64,000 bases of DNA from the NCBI GenBank assembly GCA_965248835.1, contig CBDFLJ010000002.1, positions 1 through 64,000 of the forward strand, read 5' to 3'. The DNA comes from Alphaproteobacteria bacterium (lineage in GTDB: Bacteria > Pseudomonadota > Alphaproteobacteria > MPNO01). Below the pieces are notes generated by a model, which did no database searches, was not told where the DNA came from, and saw only the letters and a list, made by a program, of their open reading frames with translations. The first letter of the stretch is position 1. Each line of letters begins with the position of its first letter. Below, piece by piece: positions 21,021 to 31,132 of the stretch. The position numbers and the translations under genes are program-made.

Positions 21021-21626
21021 ATGACCGGAACCCGGCTCCCCGACGACATCGATCCCGAATCCGGCTGCCGGCTGCCGCTGCCCCGGCGCGAGGCGTTGGA
21101 TGCGGCCGCGGCGGAGATCTTCGATCAGCTCCGGACGCCGTCAGGGCGGTCTCTGGTCGGGCTCAACGGGCCCGGCGGCATCCGGCTCAACAGCCCGCAG
21201 CTCGCAGTGCTGAACCAGCCGCTCAACCGCTATCTCCGCTGGGAGACGGCGCTGCCCGGGCGCATCCGAGAGCTTGCGATACTGGTGGTCGCGCGCGCCC
21301 AGGACTGCCAGTTCGAATGGGTCCAGCACGAAGGTGCGGCGGAACGGGAAGGCCTGTCGGCCGAGACCATCGACGTCGTACGCCACCGCGGGTCGGTCGA
21401 CGGGCTGGACGACACGGAGGCCGCGGTCATCACGCTTGGCCGTGAAATCTTCGAGGACAAGCGCGTCGGGCCGCAGACCTACGCCCGCGCGCTCGCGGCC
21501 TTCGGTGCGCGCGACCTGGTGGACCTGGTCTCGCTGATGGGGCTTTATGCGGCGACCGCGGCACTGCTGACCGCCTTCGACATGCAGCTCCGGCCCGGCC
21601 AGCGGCCGAGCCTGCCGATATCCTGA
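21021..21626 (+). CDS. carboxymuconolactone decarboxylase/AhpD family protein
   Basis: [11 protein letters not shown]...FEWVQH...EGL motif. Confidence 0.8.
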   Translation: MTGTRLPDDIDPESGCRLPLPRREALDAAAAEIFDQLRTPSGRSLVGLNGPGGIRLNSPQLAVLNQPLNRYLRWETALPGRIRELAILVVARAQDCQFEWVQHEGAAEREGLSAETIDVVRHRGSVDGLDDTEAAVITLGREIFEDKRVGPQTYARALAAFGARDLVDLVSLMGLYAATAALLTAFDMQLRPGQRPSLPIS

Positions 21627-21650
21627 TCCTGATCCTGTGCGAGGAAACCG

Positions 21651-22580
21651 ATGAAACTCCTGTTCTTCAACGACTTCAACCTGGGCGTCCTGGTCGGTGA
21701 CCGCGTGGTCGATGTCTCCGACGTGGTCGCCGATATCCCGCGGCTCGGCCCGCACGACGTCATCGCCGGCCTGATCGAGCGGTTCGAGGACTATCGTGCC
21801 GCCCTGGAGGCGGCTTCGCGGGCCGAAGGGATGCCCGTGGACAGCGTGCGGATCCGCCCACCCCTGCCGCGGCCGCGCAACATCGACTGCATGGCGGTCA
21901 ACTACATGGAAGACGGGACCCGCGACGCGCCGGCGCAAATCAACGCGTTCCACAAATCACCGGGCGCGGTGATCGGCCACGGCGACACGATGGTCCTGCC
22001 CGATGCGCCGGCGACCGTCTTCGAGGGCGAGGCCGAACTCGCGGTGGTCATCGGCAAGCGGGCCAGCCATGTCGGCGCTGCAGATGCGATGGACCACGTC
22101 TTCGGCTACACCGCCTTCATCGACGGTTCGGCGCGTGGGCTGCCACCGCCCGGCAACACGTTCTACCAGGTCAAGTCGCGCGAGACCTTCGCGCCGATCG
22201 GGCCGTGGATCGTGACCGCCGACGAGATTGCCGATCCTCAGAAGCTCCGGGTCAGGCTGTGGAACAACGGCGATCTGATGCAGGACTTCAACACCGACGA
22301 CATGGCCCACCCGATCACCCGCTGCATCGAATGGATCAGCGCGATCCACCCGCTGGAGGTCGGCGACATCCTGGCGACCGGCACCAACCACCGCGGCCTG
22401 CACCCGTTCCAGGACGGCGACCGGATCGAGCTCGAGATCGAAGGGATCGGCCGGCTCGCGATCACGGTGCGCGACGATCTGAAGCGGACCTGGGAGCGGA
22501 TAACCCGGCGTCAGCATGCCGAGGCCGGCGGCGATGGCCCGCATACCGTCCAGACAGGCGGCAAGTACGCGCCGGGCTAG
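21651..22580 (+). CDS. fumarylacetoacetate hydrolase family protein
   Basis: EGEAELAVVIGK, KSRETFAPIGPWIVTADE, GDILATGT. Confidence 0.9.
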   Translation: MKLLFFNDFNLGVLVGDRVVDVSDVVADIPRLGPHDVIAGLIERFEDYRAALEAASRAEGMPVDSVRIRPPLPRPRNIDCMAVNYMEDGTRDAPAQINAFHKSPGAVIGHGDTMVLPDAPATVFEGEAELAVVIGKRASHVGAADAMDHVFGYTAFIDGSARGLPPPGNTFYQVKSRETFAPIGPWIVTADEIADPQKLRVRLWNNGDLMQDFNTDDMAHPITRCIEWISAIHPLEVGDILATGTNHRGLHPFQDGDRIELEIEGIGRLAITVRDDLKRTWERITRRQHAEAGGDGPHTVQTGGKYAPG

Positions 22581-22621
22581 GCGCCTGCCCGGGTCACGGC
22601 GCGGATCGGGGGAGGCCGGGC

Positions 22622-24961
22622 ATGCAATTCGGGATCGGACAGTCCGTCCTGCGGGTGGAGGACCGCCGCCTGGTCCGCGGGCAGGGCAACTACACCGGCG
22701 ATCTCGACCTGCCGGGCGCGGCGTGGCTGCAGGTGGTCCGCTCGCCCCATGCCCACGCGCGCGTCCTGTCGTTGGCAACCGATGCGGCCCGCGCCGCACC
22801 GGGCGTGCTGGCCGTGCTGACGGCGGAGGATCTGCGCGAGGAGGGCTTCGGCAGCCCGGCGATCGATTTCTTCGGCATCGAGGGCGGCGCCTACCGCCAT
22901 CATGAGGGCACCGGGCTGTTCATGCCCGACAACGCGCTGCTGGCGTCGGATCGAGTCCGCCATGTCGGCGAAGCCATCGCCCTGGTCGTGGCCGAGACCG
23001 ACCCGCAGGCGCGCGACGCCGCGGCGCTGGTCGAAGTCGCGTTCGAGCCGCTGCCGGCCGTCGTCGATCCGGCGGCCGCGCTCGAACCCGGGGCGCCGAT
23101 CGTGTGGGAAGGCGCGCAGGGCAACCTGTGCGCCGATGTCGACTACGGCGATGAGGCCGCCACGGACGAAGTTTTCGCGGCCGCTTCCCATGTCGTGACG
23201 ATCGAGGCGGTCAACAACCGGGTGATCATCAACCCGATGGAGCCGCGCGGCGCGGCGGCGACCTTCGATCCGGCGACCGGCCGCTTTACCGTCCATGCGA
23301 CCACCCAGATGCCCCACCGCGCGAAGACCATGCTGGCCGAGGAGATCATGAACCTGCCGCGCGAAACCGTGCGGGTGGTCTGTCGCGACATGGGCGGCGG
23401 TTTCGGCACCCGCGGCGCGCCGATCCCGGAATGCTTCTACGTCGCCTGGTGCGCGCGCCGCACCGGGCGGCCGGTCAAATGGACCTGCGAGCGGTCCGAG
23501 GGGTTCGTGAGCGACCCGCACGGCCGCGACAACTTGAGCACCGCCGCGCTCGCGCTCGACGCCCGGGGCCGCTTCCTCGCGCTCAAGGTCGATACGATCG
23601 CCAATCTCGGCGCCTATCCCGGCGGCATCGGGCCGATGGTGCCCGTGGTCCTGGGACCGCGGGTCCAGACCGGGGTCTACGACATCCCCGTGCTCCATGC
23701 CCGGATCCGCGTGGCCTACACGAACACCGTCAACGTGTTCGCCTACCGCGGCGCCGGCCAGCCGGAGGCTAATTACCTCATCGAGCGCCTGATCGATGCG
23801 GCGGCCCGCCGGACCGGCATCGATCCGCTGGATCTACGCCGGCGCAATCACATCCCGGCCGGCGCAATGCCCTATCGCAGCCCCGCCGGGGTGAGCTACG
23901 ACAGCGGCGAATACGACGAGAACCTGCGCAAGGCGCTCGCGCTCGCCGACTGGGACGGGTTCGCCGCGCGCCAGGCTGAAAGCCGTGCGCGCGGCTTGCT
24001 CCGCGGCCGGGCGGCCGCCAACTACATCCAGGTCGCAGCCGGGGTGCCCTTCGAGTGGGGCGGGATCGAAGTGCGCGACGACGGCGTGGTCGAGCTCTTC
24101 ACCGGGACCCACAACCACGGCCAGGGCCACGAGACCGCGTTCGCCCAGATGGTGGTCGAGCGGCTCGGGGTGCCCTTCGACAGCGTGCGCCTGGTGATGG
24201 GCGACACCGACCGCATCCCGCGCGGCGAGGGGACGCATGCCTCGCGCTCGGTGATCTTCGCCGGGCCGCTGATCGTCCAGAACGCCGAGACGATCATCGA
24301 GAAGGCGAAGCAGCTTGCGGCCCGCAAGCTCGAGGTCGCCGAGACCGATATCCTCTTCGAGGCCGGACGCTTGGTGGTTGCGGGTACCGACCTGTCGCTC
24401 GACCTGTTCGAAGCCGCCGGCTTCGCACGGACCCTGGAAGATGAACCCGATGCCAGGCTCTACGCCGAGGCCGACTACACCATTCCCGATGCGACCTACC
24501 CCAGCGGCACACATGTCTGCGAGGTTGAGGTCGATGCCGAGACCGGCCGGGTGCGGATCGACCGGTTCACCGCGATCGACGATGTCGGGCGCGCGGTGAA
24601 CCCGATGATCCTGGAAGGCCAGAGCCATGGCGGGATCGCGCAAGGCATCGGCCAGGCCCTGCTGGAAGACTGCCGCTACGACCCGGGCTCCGGACAGCTA
24701 CTGTCGGGCTCGCTGATGGACTACTGCCTGCCGCGCGCCGACGACCTGCCGTCGATCGCAGTCGGCATCCACGAGGCGCCCTCGCCGATCAACGTGCTGG
24801 GGGTCAAGGGCGCCGGAGAAAGCGGATCGACCGGCGCACCGCCGGCGGTGATCAACGCCATCCTCGATGCGCTGGCGCCGCTGGGGGTCCGCGACCTCGA
24901 CATGCCGGCAACGCCGGAGCGGGTCTGGCGCGCCGCCCGAAGCGTCGGGATCAACTGTTGA
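22622..24961 (+). CDS. xanthine dehydrogenase/CoxL-family molybdopterin-binding large subunit
   Basis: RVEDRRLVRGQG.Y, MGGGFG, AYRGAGQPE, GQGHET, KGAGE. Confidence 0.9.
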   Translation: MQFGIGQSVLRVEDRRLVRGQGNYTGDLDLPGAAWLQVVRSPHAHARVLSLATDAARAAPGVLAVLTAEDLREEGFGSPAIDFFGIEGGAYRHHEGTGLFMPDNALLASDRVRHVGEAIALVVAETDPQARDAAALVEVAFEPLPAVVDPAAALEPGAPIVWEGAQGNLCADVDYGDEAATDEVFAAASHVVTIEAVNNRVIINPMEPRGAAATFDPATGRFTVHATTQMPHRAKTMLAEEIMNLPRETVRVVCRDMGGGFGTRGAPIPECFYVAWCARRTGRPVKWTCERSEGFVSDPHGRDNLSTAALALDARGRFLALKVDTIANLGAYPGGIGPMVPVVLGPRVQTGVYDIPVLHARIRVAYTNTVNVFAYRGAGQPEANYLIERLIDAAARRTGIDPLDLRRRNHIPAGAMPYRSPAGVSYDSGEYDENLRKALALADWDGFAARQAESRARGLLRGRAAANYIQVAAGVPFEWGGIEVRDDGVVELFTGTHNHGQGHETAFAQMVVERLGVPFDSVRLVMGDTDRIPRGEGTHASRSVIFAGPLIVQNAETIIEKAKQLAARKLEVAETDILFEAGRLVVAGTDLSLDLFEAAGFARTLEDEPDARLYAEADYTIPDATYPSGTHVCEVEVDAETGRVRIDRFTAIDDVGRAVNPMILEGQSHGGIAQGIGQALLEDCRYDPGSGQLLSGSLMDYCLPRADDLPSIAVGIHEAPSPINVLGVKGAGESGSTGAPPAVINAILDALAPLGVRDLDMPATPERVWRAARSVGINC

Positions 24962-25877
24962 TCTCGAAGACCAGCTTACCGCGCAGGTGGCGTGATTCGC
25001 TCAACCCCTGGGCCTCCTTGGCCGCCGACAGAGGGAAGCGGCGGATTTCGGGCACTCGCACCGCGCCGGCAGCAAGCAGTTCGACAATGCGCTCGAGATG
25101 CGCGCGGTCGCGCCCGACCCTGGGCCGGAGCGCGGTGACATCCTCGCGCGGGCAGTCCGGCGGGTTCGAGCCCGAGGCGATGAAGGCCGCCCGTCCGCCC
25201 GGCTTGAGCACCGCGAAGGAGCGTTGGGTGACATCGCCGCCAACCGTGTCCAGGACCGCATCGCAGTCCGAGACGGCTTGGGTGAAATCGGTCGCGTTGT
25301 AGTCGATGATCTCATCGGCCCCCAGGGAGCGCACATAGTCGTGGTTGGCGGCGCTGGCGGTGGTGACCACACGGGCGCCGATATGCTTGGCGAGCGGGAT
25401 GGCGAAGCCTGCGACGCCGCCGGCACCGCCGTGGATGAGGATCTTCTCGCCCGCGCGCAGCGCCAGCGTATCCTCGACCGAGACCAGCGCCGTCAGCCCG
25501 ATCAGCGACAGGGCAGCGATATCGACATGGGAGACCGTCTCCGGCTTGGCCGCGACGATTGCGGCCTTGACCGCGATCTTCTCGGCGTAGCCTCCTTCCT
25601 GGCCGGCATCGCACACGCCAAAGACTGCATCGCCGACGGCGAAATCCGCCACACCGTCCCCCAGCGCGCTGACCAGGCCCGAGAAATCGCGCCCGAGGAT
25701 GTGCGGGAACGCAGACAGCGGGCCGTAGCCCCCGGCGCGCACCTTCCAGTCCGCGCCGTTGACGCTGGCTGCACGGATATGGACCAGGATCTCGCCCGGC
25801 CCCGCGACCGGCTCCGGCCGGTCACCGTATTCGAGCATCTCGGGTCCACCGTGCCCCGTGATATAGACTGCCTTCAT
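24951..25877 (-). CDS. NADP-dependent MDR-family (quinone) oxidoreductase
   Basis: MKAVYITGHGGPE, ILGRDFSG, HGGAGGV, RGKLV. Confidence 0.88.
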   Translation of the reverse strand: MKAVYITGHGGPEMLEYGDRPEPVAGPGEILVHIRAASVNGADWKVRAGGYGPLSAFPHILGRDFSGLVSALGDGVADFAVGDAVFGVCDAGQEGGYAEKIAVKAAIVAAKPETVSHVDIAALSLIGLTALVSVEDTLALRAGEKILIHGGAGGVAGFAIPLAKHIGARVVTTASAANHDYVRSLGADEIIDYNATDFTQAVSDCDAVLDTVGGDVTQRSFAVLKPGGRAAFIASGSNPPDCPREDVTALRPRVGRDRAHLERIVELLAAGAVRVPEIRRFPLSAAKEAQGLSESRHLRGKLVFEINS

Positions 25878-25941
25878 TGTCGCCTCCCTATCGCCTGGCC
25901 GCGCGGCTAGAATTACCCGCAATCCATGGCAGGGGGCCAGG

Positions 25942-26742
25942 GTGCTCGAACTCTATCATCACAACATTTCGGTCTGCGCCCAGAAGGTGCGGCTCGCGCT
26001 CCACGAGAAGGGCATCGGCTGGCACGGCCGCCATGTCGATTTGATGAAATCCGAGCAGGTCTCGCCGGAATATCTCGCACTCAACCCCAAGGGCGTCGTG
26101 CCGACTCTGGTCGATGACGGCCGTCCGGTGATCGAATCGACGGTCATCCTGGAATATCTCGAAGATGCCTTTCCCGAAATCCCCCTGCGCCCGGAGGCCC
26201 CGCTGGCCCGGGCGGCCATGCGGATCTGGGCGAAGATCCCCGATGACGGACTCCACGCGGCCTGCGGGACGGTGAGCTATGCCGCGGCTTTCGCCGAGCA
26301 GGTGCTTGCCTTCCACGGCCGCGCGGCGCTCCAGGAACGGATCGCGAAGCTGCCCGACCGGTCCCGCGCCGCGCGCCAGGCCGAGCTGTTCGAAAAGCGC
26401 ATGGACGCATCGTTCCTGACCCGACATGTCGGCCTGTTCGACAAGGTCCTGCGTGAGATGGAGGCCGCCCTGTCCGACCGGCCGTGGCTTGCCGGCGATG
26501 GCTTCAGCGCGGCCGAGTGCGCGCTGCTGCCCTATGTCTGGCGTCTGGAGCGGTTGAACCTGGAGGAGATGTGGGCCGACAAGCCGCACCTTGCCGACTG
26601 GCTGGCGCGAGCAAAGGCACGGCCGAGTTGGGAAGCGGCGATGGAAGCCTTCCAGCCGATCGGCCCGCATGACTACGACGACGACCTGAAATCCAAGGGC
26701 GTGAGCCACTGGCCGGCCGTCGCCGCGATGCTGTCCGGCTGA
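25942..26742 (+). CDS. glutathione S-transferase family protein
   Basis: SVCAQKVRLAL, LNPKGVVPTL, IESTVILEYL, WLAGDGFSAAE. Confidence 0.9.
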   Translation: MLELYHHNISVCAQKVRLALHEKGIGWHGRHVDLMKSEQVSPEYLALNPKGVVPTLVDDGRPVIESTVILEYLEDAFPEIPLRPEAPLARAAMRIWAKIPDDGLHAACGTVSYAAAFAEQVLAFHGRAALQERIAKLPDRSRAARQAELFEKRMDASFLTRHVGLFDKVLREMEAALSDRPWLAGDGFSAAECALLPYVWRLERLNLEEMWADKPHLADWLARAKARPSWEAAMEAFQPIGPHDYDDDLKSKGVSHWPAVAAMLSG

Positions 26743-26763
26743 TCCGGGACCGTCGCGACCGCC

Positions 26764-27552
26764 TCAGCGCAGCCGGCGGCGGACCATCACGCTGGCCTGC
26801 TCGACCACGACCACCAGCGCGAGCACGACCAGGGTGAGCGTGGCCACTTTCTCGTAATGGAAGGCCCGCGCGTAGGCCTGGATATAGAACCCGATCCCGC
26901 CGGCGCCGACCAGGCCGAGGACCAGGGACTCCCGCAGGTTCAGCTCGAAGCGGAACAGAGTGTCGCGGGCAAGCTCCGGGCCGATCTGGGGGATCACCGC
27001 GAAGCGGACGATCTGCGGCCAGGCGGCGCCGGTGGTCCGCATCGCCTCGATCGGCCCGCCGGATGCGGCCTCGAACGCCTCGGCATAGAACTTGCCCAGC
27101 ATGCCGGCCGAGTGCAGCGCGATCGCGATAATGCCGGGGACCGGCCCCAGCCCGTAGGCGCTGACGAACATCAGCGCCAGCAGGATCACCGGGATGCCGC
27201 GCAAGGCCGCCATCGCCCATTTGACCGGCTGGTGGACCCAGCCCGGGGTGAGGTTGGCCGCCGCCAGCAGCCCCAGCCCGAACGACAGGAGGGCGCCGAA
27301 AACCGTGCCGAGCAGCGCGATCTGCAAGGTCTCGATCATCGCTCGAAAGACAGTGCCGGCGATGGTCAGATCGGGCGGCACCATGCGGGCGAGGAACGCG
27401 CCCAGGCGCGGCAGCCCGGCGCCAAGCTGCGTGGGGTCGAATCCGGTGCCGGCCCAGGCCCAGGCCACGGCGAGCACGATCCCGAGCAGGACCGCCGCGC
27501 GCGCGAGGCTGTCACGCCACGTGGCTGGGCGGGTCCTGTCGTTCACGCGCAC
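26764..27552 (-). CDS. PhnE-like ABC transporter permease
   Basis: ETLQIA, LRGIP, GMLGKFYAEAFE, FRFELNLRES.VLGLVGAGGIG. Confidence 0.88.
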   Translation of the reverse strand: MRVNDRTRPATWRDSLARAAVLLGIVLAVAWAWAGTGFDPTQLGAGLPRLGAFLARMVPPDLTIAGTVFRAMIETLQIALLGTVFGALLSFGLGLLAAANLTPGWVHQPVKWAMAALRGIPVILLALMFVSAYGLGPVPGIIAIALHSAGMLGKFYAEAFEAASGGPIEAMRTTGAAWPQIVRFAVIPQIGPELARDTLFRFELNLRESLVLGLVGAGGIGFYIQAYARAFHYEKVATLTLVVLALVVVVEQASVMVRRRLR

Positions 27553-28339
27553 GCTCCGAGGGCTGGGCCGGCGCGACGATCCGCGGCGGCGGGCTGCGGC
27601 CGTAGATCCGCCTCAAGGCCACCCCATCCAGGTTCTCGCCGCCGGCGCTGTCGAAGACGATCTTCCCGCCGGCCAGCCCGAGAATGCGCTCGGCGTGCGC
27701 GCTGGCAAGCGCCGGGTGATGGACAACCGCGATCGCGGTGATCGCGCGCGCGCGGGCCTGACCCATCACCAGCGCCAGGATGTCATCGGCCAGCACCGGG
27801 TCGAGCTGGCTGACCGGCTCATCGGCGGTGATCAGGTCCGGCTCCTGCGCCAGGGCGCGCGCCACCGCGACGCGCTGGCGCTGCCCGCCGGAGAGCGAAT
27901 CGGTCCGCCGCGCGGCGAGTTCGCCGAGCCCGGTGGCCGCAATCGCCCGCTGTGCCGCCTCGAGGTCTGCATCGCCGAAGACGCCGAACAGGCTCGCCAG
28001 CACACCGGTCTGCCCGAGCCTGCCGCACAGCACGTTGCGCAACACATCGGTACGCTCGACGAGCTGGAACTCCTGGAAGATCGCCGCGTTGCGGCGTCGG
28101 AAGCCGCGCACGCGGGCACCCGGGGCGGTGAGATCGACGCCATGGACCGCGACTGCGCCGGCCTCCGCCGCGACAAGGCCGTGGAGCGCGCGCAGCAGGG
28201 TCGTCTTGCCCGACCCGCTTGGCCCGATGACCGCGACCCGGGCGCCGGCGCTGATCGACAGGTGCCCGATCGACAGCGCCGGCGGCCCGTCCGCCGCGTA
28301 GCGGATGCTGAGATCGGTGATGCGCACCGCTTCTGTCAT
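27512..28339 (-). CDS. PhnC-like ABC transporter ATP-binding protein
   Basis: Walker A GPSGSGKT, NVLCGRLG, LSGGQRQR, ADEPVSQLDP. Confidence 0.9.
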   Translation of the reverse strand: MTEAVRITDLSIRYAADGPPALSIGHLSISAGARVAVIGPSGSGKTTLLRALHGLVAAEAGAVAVHGVDLTAPGARVRGFRRRNAAIFQEFQLVERTDVLRNVLCGRLGQTGVLASLFGVFGDADLEAAQRAIAATGLGELAARRTDSLSGGQRQRVAVARALAQEPDLITADEPVSQLDPVLADDILALVMGQARARAITAIAVVHHPALASAHAERILGLAGGKIVFDSAGGENLDGVALRRIYGRSPPPRIVAPAQPSERARERQDPPSHVA

Positions 28340-29211
28340 TTGCCGATAAGACCATAGGCGCGGGCGAGCCGGGCGACCGCCTCGTAAGCCGCGTGATCGG
28401 GCCTGACATAGCCGTCCGGCGCATAGACGTGCTTCAGGAGATGTTGCTTGTCGGGCTCGTTCAGCGCCAGCATCGCAGCCACGAACGCTTCGCGGACCGA
28501 GACCTCGAGCTCCTTGCGGGCGATCACCACGTGCGAGGGGATCGCCGGGGTCTCCGCGAGCGTTCTCACCTCGCCGCGCCGGCCGGGGTCGAGCAGCAGG
28601 CTGGCATAGATGCTCACGCCCGCGGCATCGACGAGACCGTTGGCGACCGCCTGGATCGCCTGCTGGTAGCCGCCGGCGAAATAGACCGCTCCGAAGAAGG
28701 CCCTGGGATCCTGGCGGCGCTTGAGATGGCCGTCGGCGACAAACAGCTCCAGCGGGTAGAGATAGCCCGATTCGGAGATCGGATCGGCGAAGGCGATCGA
28801 TTTGCCCCTGAGCGCGGCGAGGGTCGCGATGCCGCTGTCGCGCCTGACGAAGACCGCGCCGGAATAGCTCGGCTTGCCGCGATAGACCTCCGACAAAACC
28901 GCCCGCGCGCCGGTCCGCGCGCGGGCGATCACATAGGCCAGCGCGCCGAGGAACGAGATGTCGGCCTTGCCGGCCTCCAGCGCCTCGATCGCCGCGGCAT
29001 GGTCCTGGGTGAGGTAGCCAGTCACCTTGCGGCCGAGCGCGCCTTCGAGGTAGATGCCGATGGCCCGGACATCGCCCAGGAGCTTCTCCGGATTCTCCTG
29101 CGGCACGAAGGCGAGCACCAGGGCCTTGTCGGCAGCAGAAGCCGCGGGACCGGCGGCGAGGCCCAGCAGCACCAGCACGGCGGCGAGCGCGTCAATAAAG
29201 CGCGGTCGCAT
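28336..29211 (-). CDS. PhnD/PtxB-family periplasmic solute-binding protein with an altered ligand pocket
   Basis: Signal peptide; LAFVPQE, FLGALAYV, GKSIAFADPISESGYLYP; ATGA overlap with the ATPase gene. Confidence 0.85.
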   Translation of the reverse strand: MRPRFIDALAAVLVLLGLAAGPAASAADKALVLAFVPQENPEKLLGDVRAIGIYLEGALGRKVTGYLTQDHAAAIEALEAGKADISFLGALAYVIARARTGARAVLSEVYRGKPSYSGAVFVRRDSGIATLAALRGKSIAFADPISESGYLYPLELFVADGHLKRRQDPRAFFGAVYFAGGYQQAIQAVANGLVDAAGVSIYASLLLDPGRRGEVRTLAETPAIPSHVVIARKELEVSVREAFVAAMLALNEPDKQHLLKHVYAPDGYVRPDHAAYEAVARLARAYGLIGK

Positions 29212-31066
29212 CGCGCGCCTCCGCCTGTTTGTAGGCCGCCCATAGCCGTGCCGCCCCGCGCCAATCCTGCCGCCGGACCGATTCGGCGATCGCATCGATC
29301 CGGCCGGCCAGCGCCTCGACGCGGCCGCGCGCGGCGATGTTGGCCATCCCCGGCGCATCGGCGCGCAAATCGGCCGCGACGGTCTGCAGCAGCAGCAGCG
29401 CATGCCGGCGGTCGCGCGCGGGGATCAGGGTCTCCAGCGTCGACAGGAAGGTCGAGGCCTCCTCGAAGCTCATCTTGAACCGGGTGTTGGTCGCATCGAA
29501 TGTCTCGAACGGCGCCGCGCCGGTCCCGACCGCTTCGAGATACGCCACGAGGTCGGCGGCCTCGGTGTCGTCCAGGCCCATGGCGTAGCGCCGGTCGAAC
29601 CAGTTCACGACCGCCTCCAGGCTCGGCAGCGAGCCGTCATGGAAGTAGGGCGCGCTGTAGCTGAGGCCGAGCAGCGTCGGCGTGTCGAAGGCGCCGTCGC
29701 CGGCATGCGCCGAGGACGGCCCGACCGAGCCGATGTCGTGGCGCTTGCCGTCGACGAAGTTGCCGTCGGGGATATGGCAGCTTGCGCACGACCGGCCGGC
29801 CATCGAGGGGTAGGCCCGGTTGAAGATCGCCTCGCCGCGCCGCGCCGCGGCGCTCGCCCCGGCGTTGAGCCGGCCGTCGCGGTCGAGCAGAGGCGTCGGC
29901 AGGAAATCGAACTCGTTGAGGTAGGCGATCAGCGCATCGAGCATCAAAGGGCTCGGCTCGGGCCCGGCGAACTCGTCCACGATGACCGCGCGGACGAATT
30001 CGCGCAGGCTCACGATCCGGCCGTCGCGGCCGTAGGGCGCAGTAAACCGGATGCCGCGCAGGCTCGGCGTGTCCAAAGGATCGAAGCGGTGGTCGTTGGC
30101 TTTCGGGTTGAAAAACCCGCCATCGATATCGATGCCGCCCCGATGCCGGCTGAGCCCCGGGATGTAGAGCGCGTTGTTGATGTCGCCGCGGTTGTGGCAG
30201 GTCGAGCACGCCAGGCCGAGCGCACGGGCCGGGCGGCCGAAAATCAGCGGCGAATCGAACAGCATGTCGCCATAGGCGACCAGGAACAGCTTCTTCTCGT
30301 CGATCCCGCGTGCCTCGAAGTTGAGCACCAGGCGCGGCAGGCGGGCCTGCTCGACCAGCGCGCCGTCCGGCGGCAGCCAGGGTTTTCCGCGCGGCAGAAT
30401 GTCGAGCGCGCCACGCTCGAAATTCTCCGAAAGGCCGGTTGCGAGGCGGTCGATCAGCCCTTGCGCGCCGTCCCGCCCGGCACCCAGCGCGGTCGTCAGT
30501 TCGAGCCAGGCCAGACCGAAGCGCCGGTACGCCTTCGGATCGTTGCTCCGCAGGGCGTCCTCGAAGGCGCGGTAGATCGATCGGGCGGCCAGCACATCGC
30601 CGAGCGCGGCCCGCTTCCCGTCGAGCTTCGCCTTCGCGCGGTCCAGCCGCGCACGCACCGCGATCGATGTCGCCTGGGCGATCGCGGCGCGCAGGGCGCC
30701 GGTATCGCGGGCCTTGATCGCGGCGCGGATTGCCGAACCCGGGTCGCGGCCGGCAAACCCCGCCAGCCGCTCAAGGATCGCATAGGCCGGCTCGGTGCCG
30801 GCATGGAGGAATTTCGGCGGCGCCGGCGCCGTTGCATAGCGCTCCTCGATGCCCTCCCAGTCGACGGGCTCGATCGCGCTGGCAAAGACCCCGAACAGGT
30901 GGGCCGCTGCCAAGGGGTGCCATTGCGCGCGGCTGGCGACATGGGCCTCGGCAGCGGGTGCCGCAGCCACGGCGAGCCACAGCACCGCCGGCAACGCCAA
31001 CCGCGTGCCGGCCGCCGAAACCCTTGCGGTGCGGCGCCGGATCGATGCGCCGGGTTTGCCCTGCAC
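29192..31066 (-). CDS. secreted di-heme cytochrome c (CcP/MauG superfamily) with a long N-terminal helical domain
   Basis: Two CXXCH motifs (CSTCH, CASCH), DTPSLRG..TAPY, RRGEAIF, DTPTL....SAPYFHDG; signal peptide ending AEA; GTG start preceded by GGAG. Confidence 0.82.
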   Translation of the reverse strand: MQGKPGASIRRRTARVSAAGTRLALPAVLWLAVAAAPAAEAHVASRAQWHPLAAAHLFGVFASAIEPVDWEGIEERYATAPAPPKFLHAGTEPAYAILERLAGFAGRDPGSAIRAAIKARDTGALRAAIAQATSIAVRARLDRAKAKLDGKRAALGDVLAARSIYRAFEDALRSNDPKAYRRFGLAWLELTTALGAGRDGAQGLIDRLATGLSENFERGALDILPRGKPWLPPDGALVEQARLPRLVLNFEARGIDEKKLFLVAYGDMLFDSPLIFGRPARALGLACSTCHNRGDINNALYIPGLSRHRGGIDIDGGFFNPKANDHRFDPLDTPSLRGIRFTAPYGRDGRIVSLREFVRAVIVDEFAGPEPSPLMLDALIAYLNEFDFLPTPLLDRDGRLNAGASAAARRGEAIFNRAYPSMAGRSCASCHIPDGNFVDGKRHDIGSVGPSSAHAGDGAFDTPTLLGLSYSAPYFHDGSLPSLEAVVNWFDRRYAMGLDDTEAADLVAYLEAVGTGAAPFETFDATNTRFKMSFEEASTFLSTLETLIPARDRRHALLLLQTVAADLRADAPGMANIAARGRVEALAGRIDAIAESVRRQDWRGAARLWAAYKQAEARDATALY

Positions 31067-31080
31067 GAAGTTTGCTCCGC

Positions 31081-31112
31081 CTGAACAACTTAGCCTTGGC
31101 TAAGTTATTCAG
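31081..31112. promoter_or_regulatory. MntR-type operator (32-bp palindrome)
   Basis: CTGAACAACTTAGCC-TT-GGCTAAGTTATTCAG, 15-bp arms with one mismatch; core CAACTTAGC-N4-GCTAAGTTA resembles the E. coli MntR box AAACATAGC-N4-GCTATGTTT; lies beside mntR. Confidence 0.8.
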
Positions 31113-31132
31113 TCTCGGCCAACAATTGTCAA
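31104..31132 (-). promoter_or_regulatory. putative sigma70 promoter of the cytochrome/ABC operon
   Basis: Minus strand TTGACA (31132-31127), 17-nt spacer, AATAAC; the -10 lies inside the palindrome. Confidence 0.55.

Noticed and set aside
26764-29211. Assigning phnCDE/ptxABC symbols and phosphonate transport
   Set aside because: Ligand-pocket residues are altered, no phn/ptx catabolic genes are present, and the regulation appears to be via MntR
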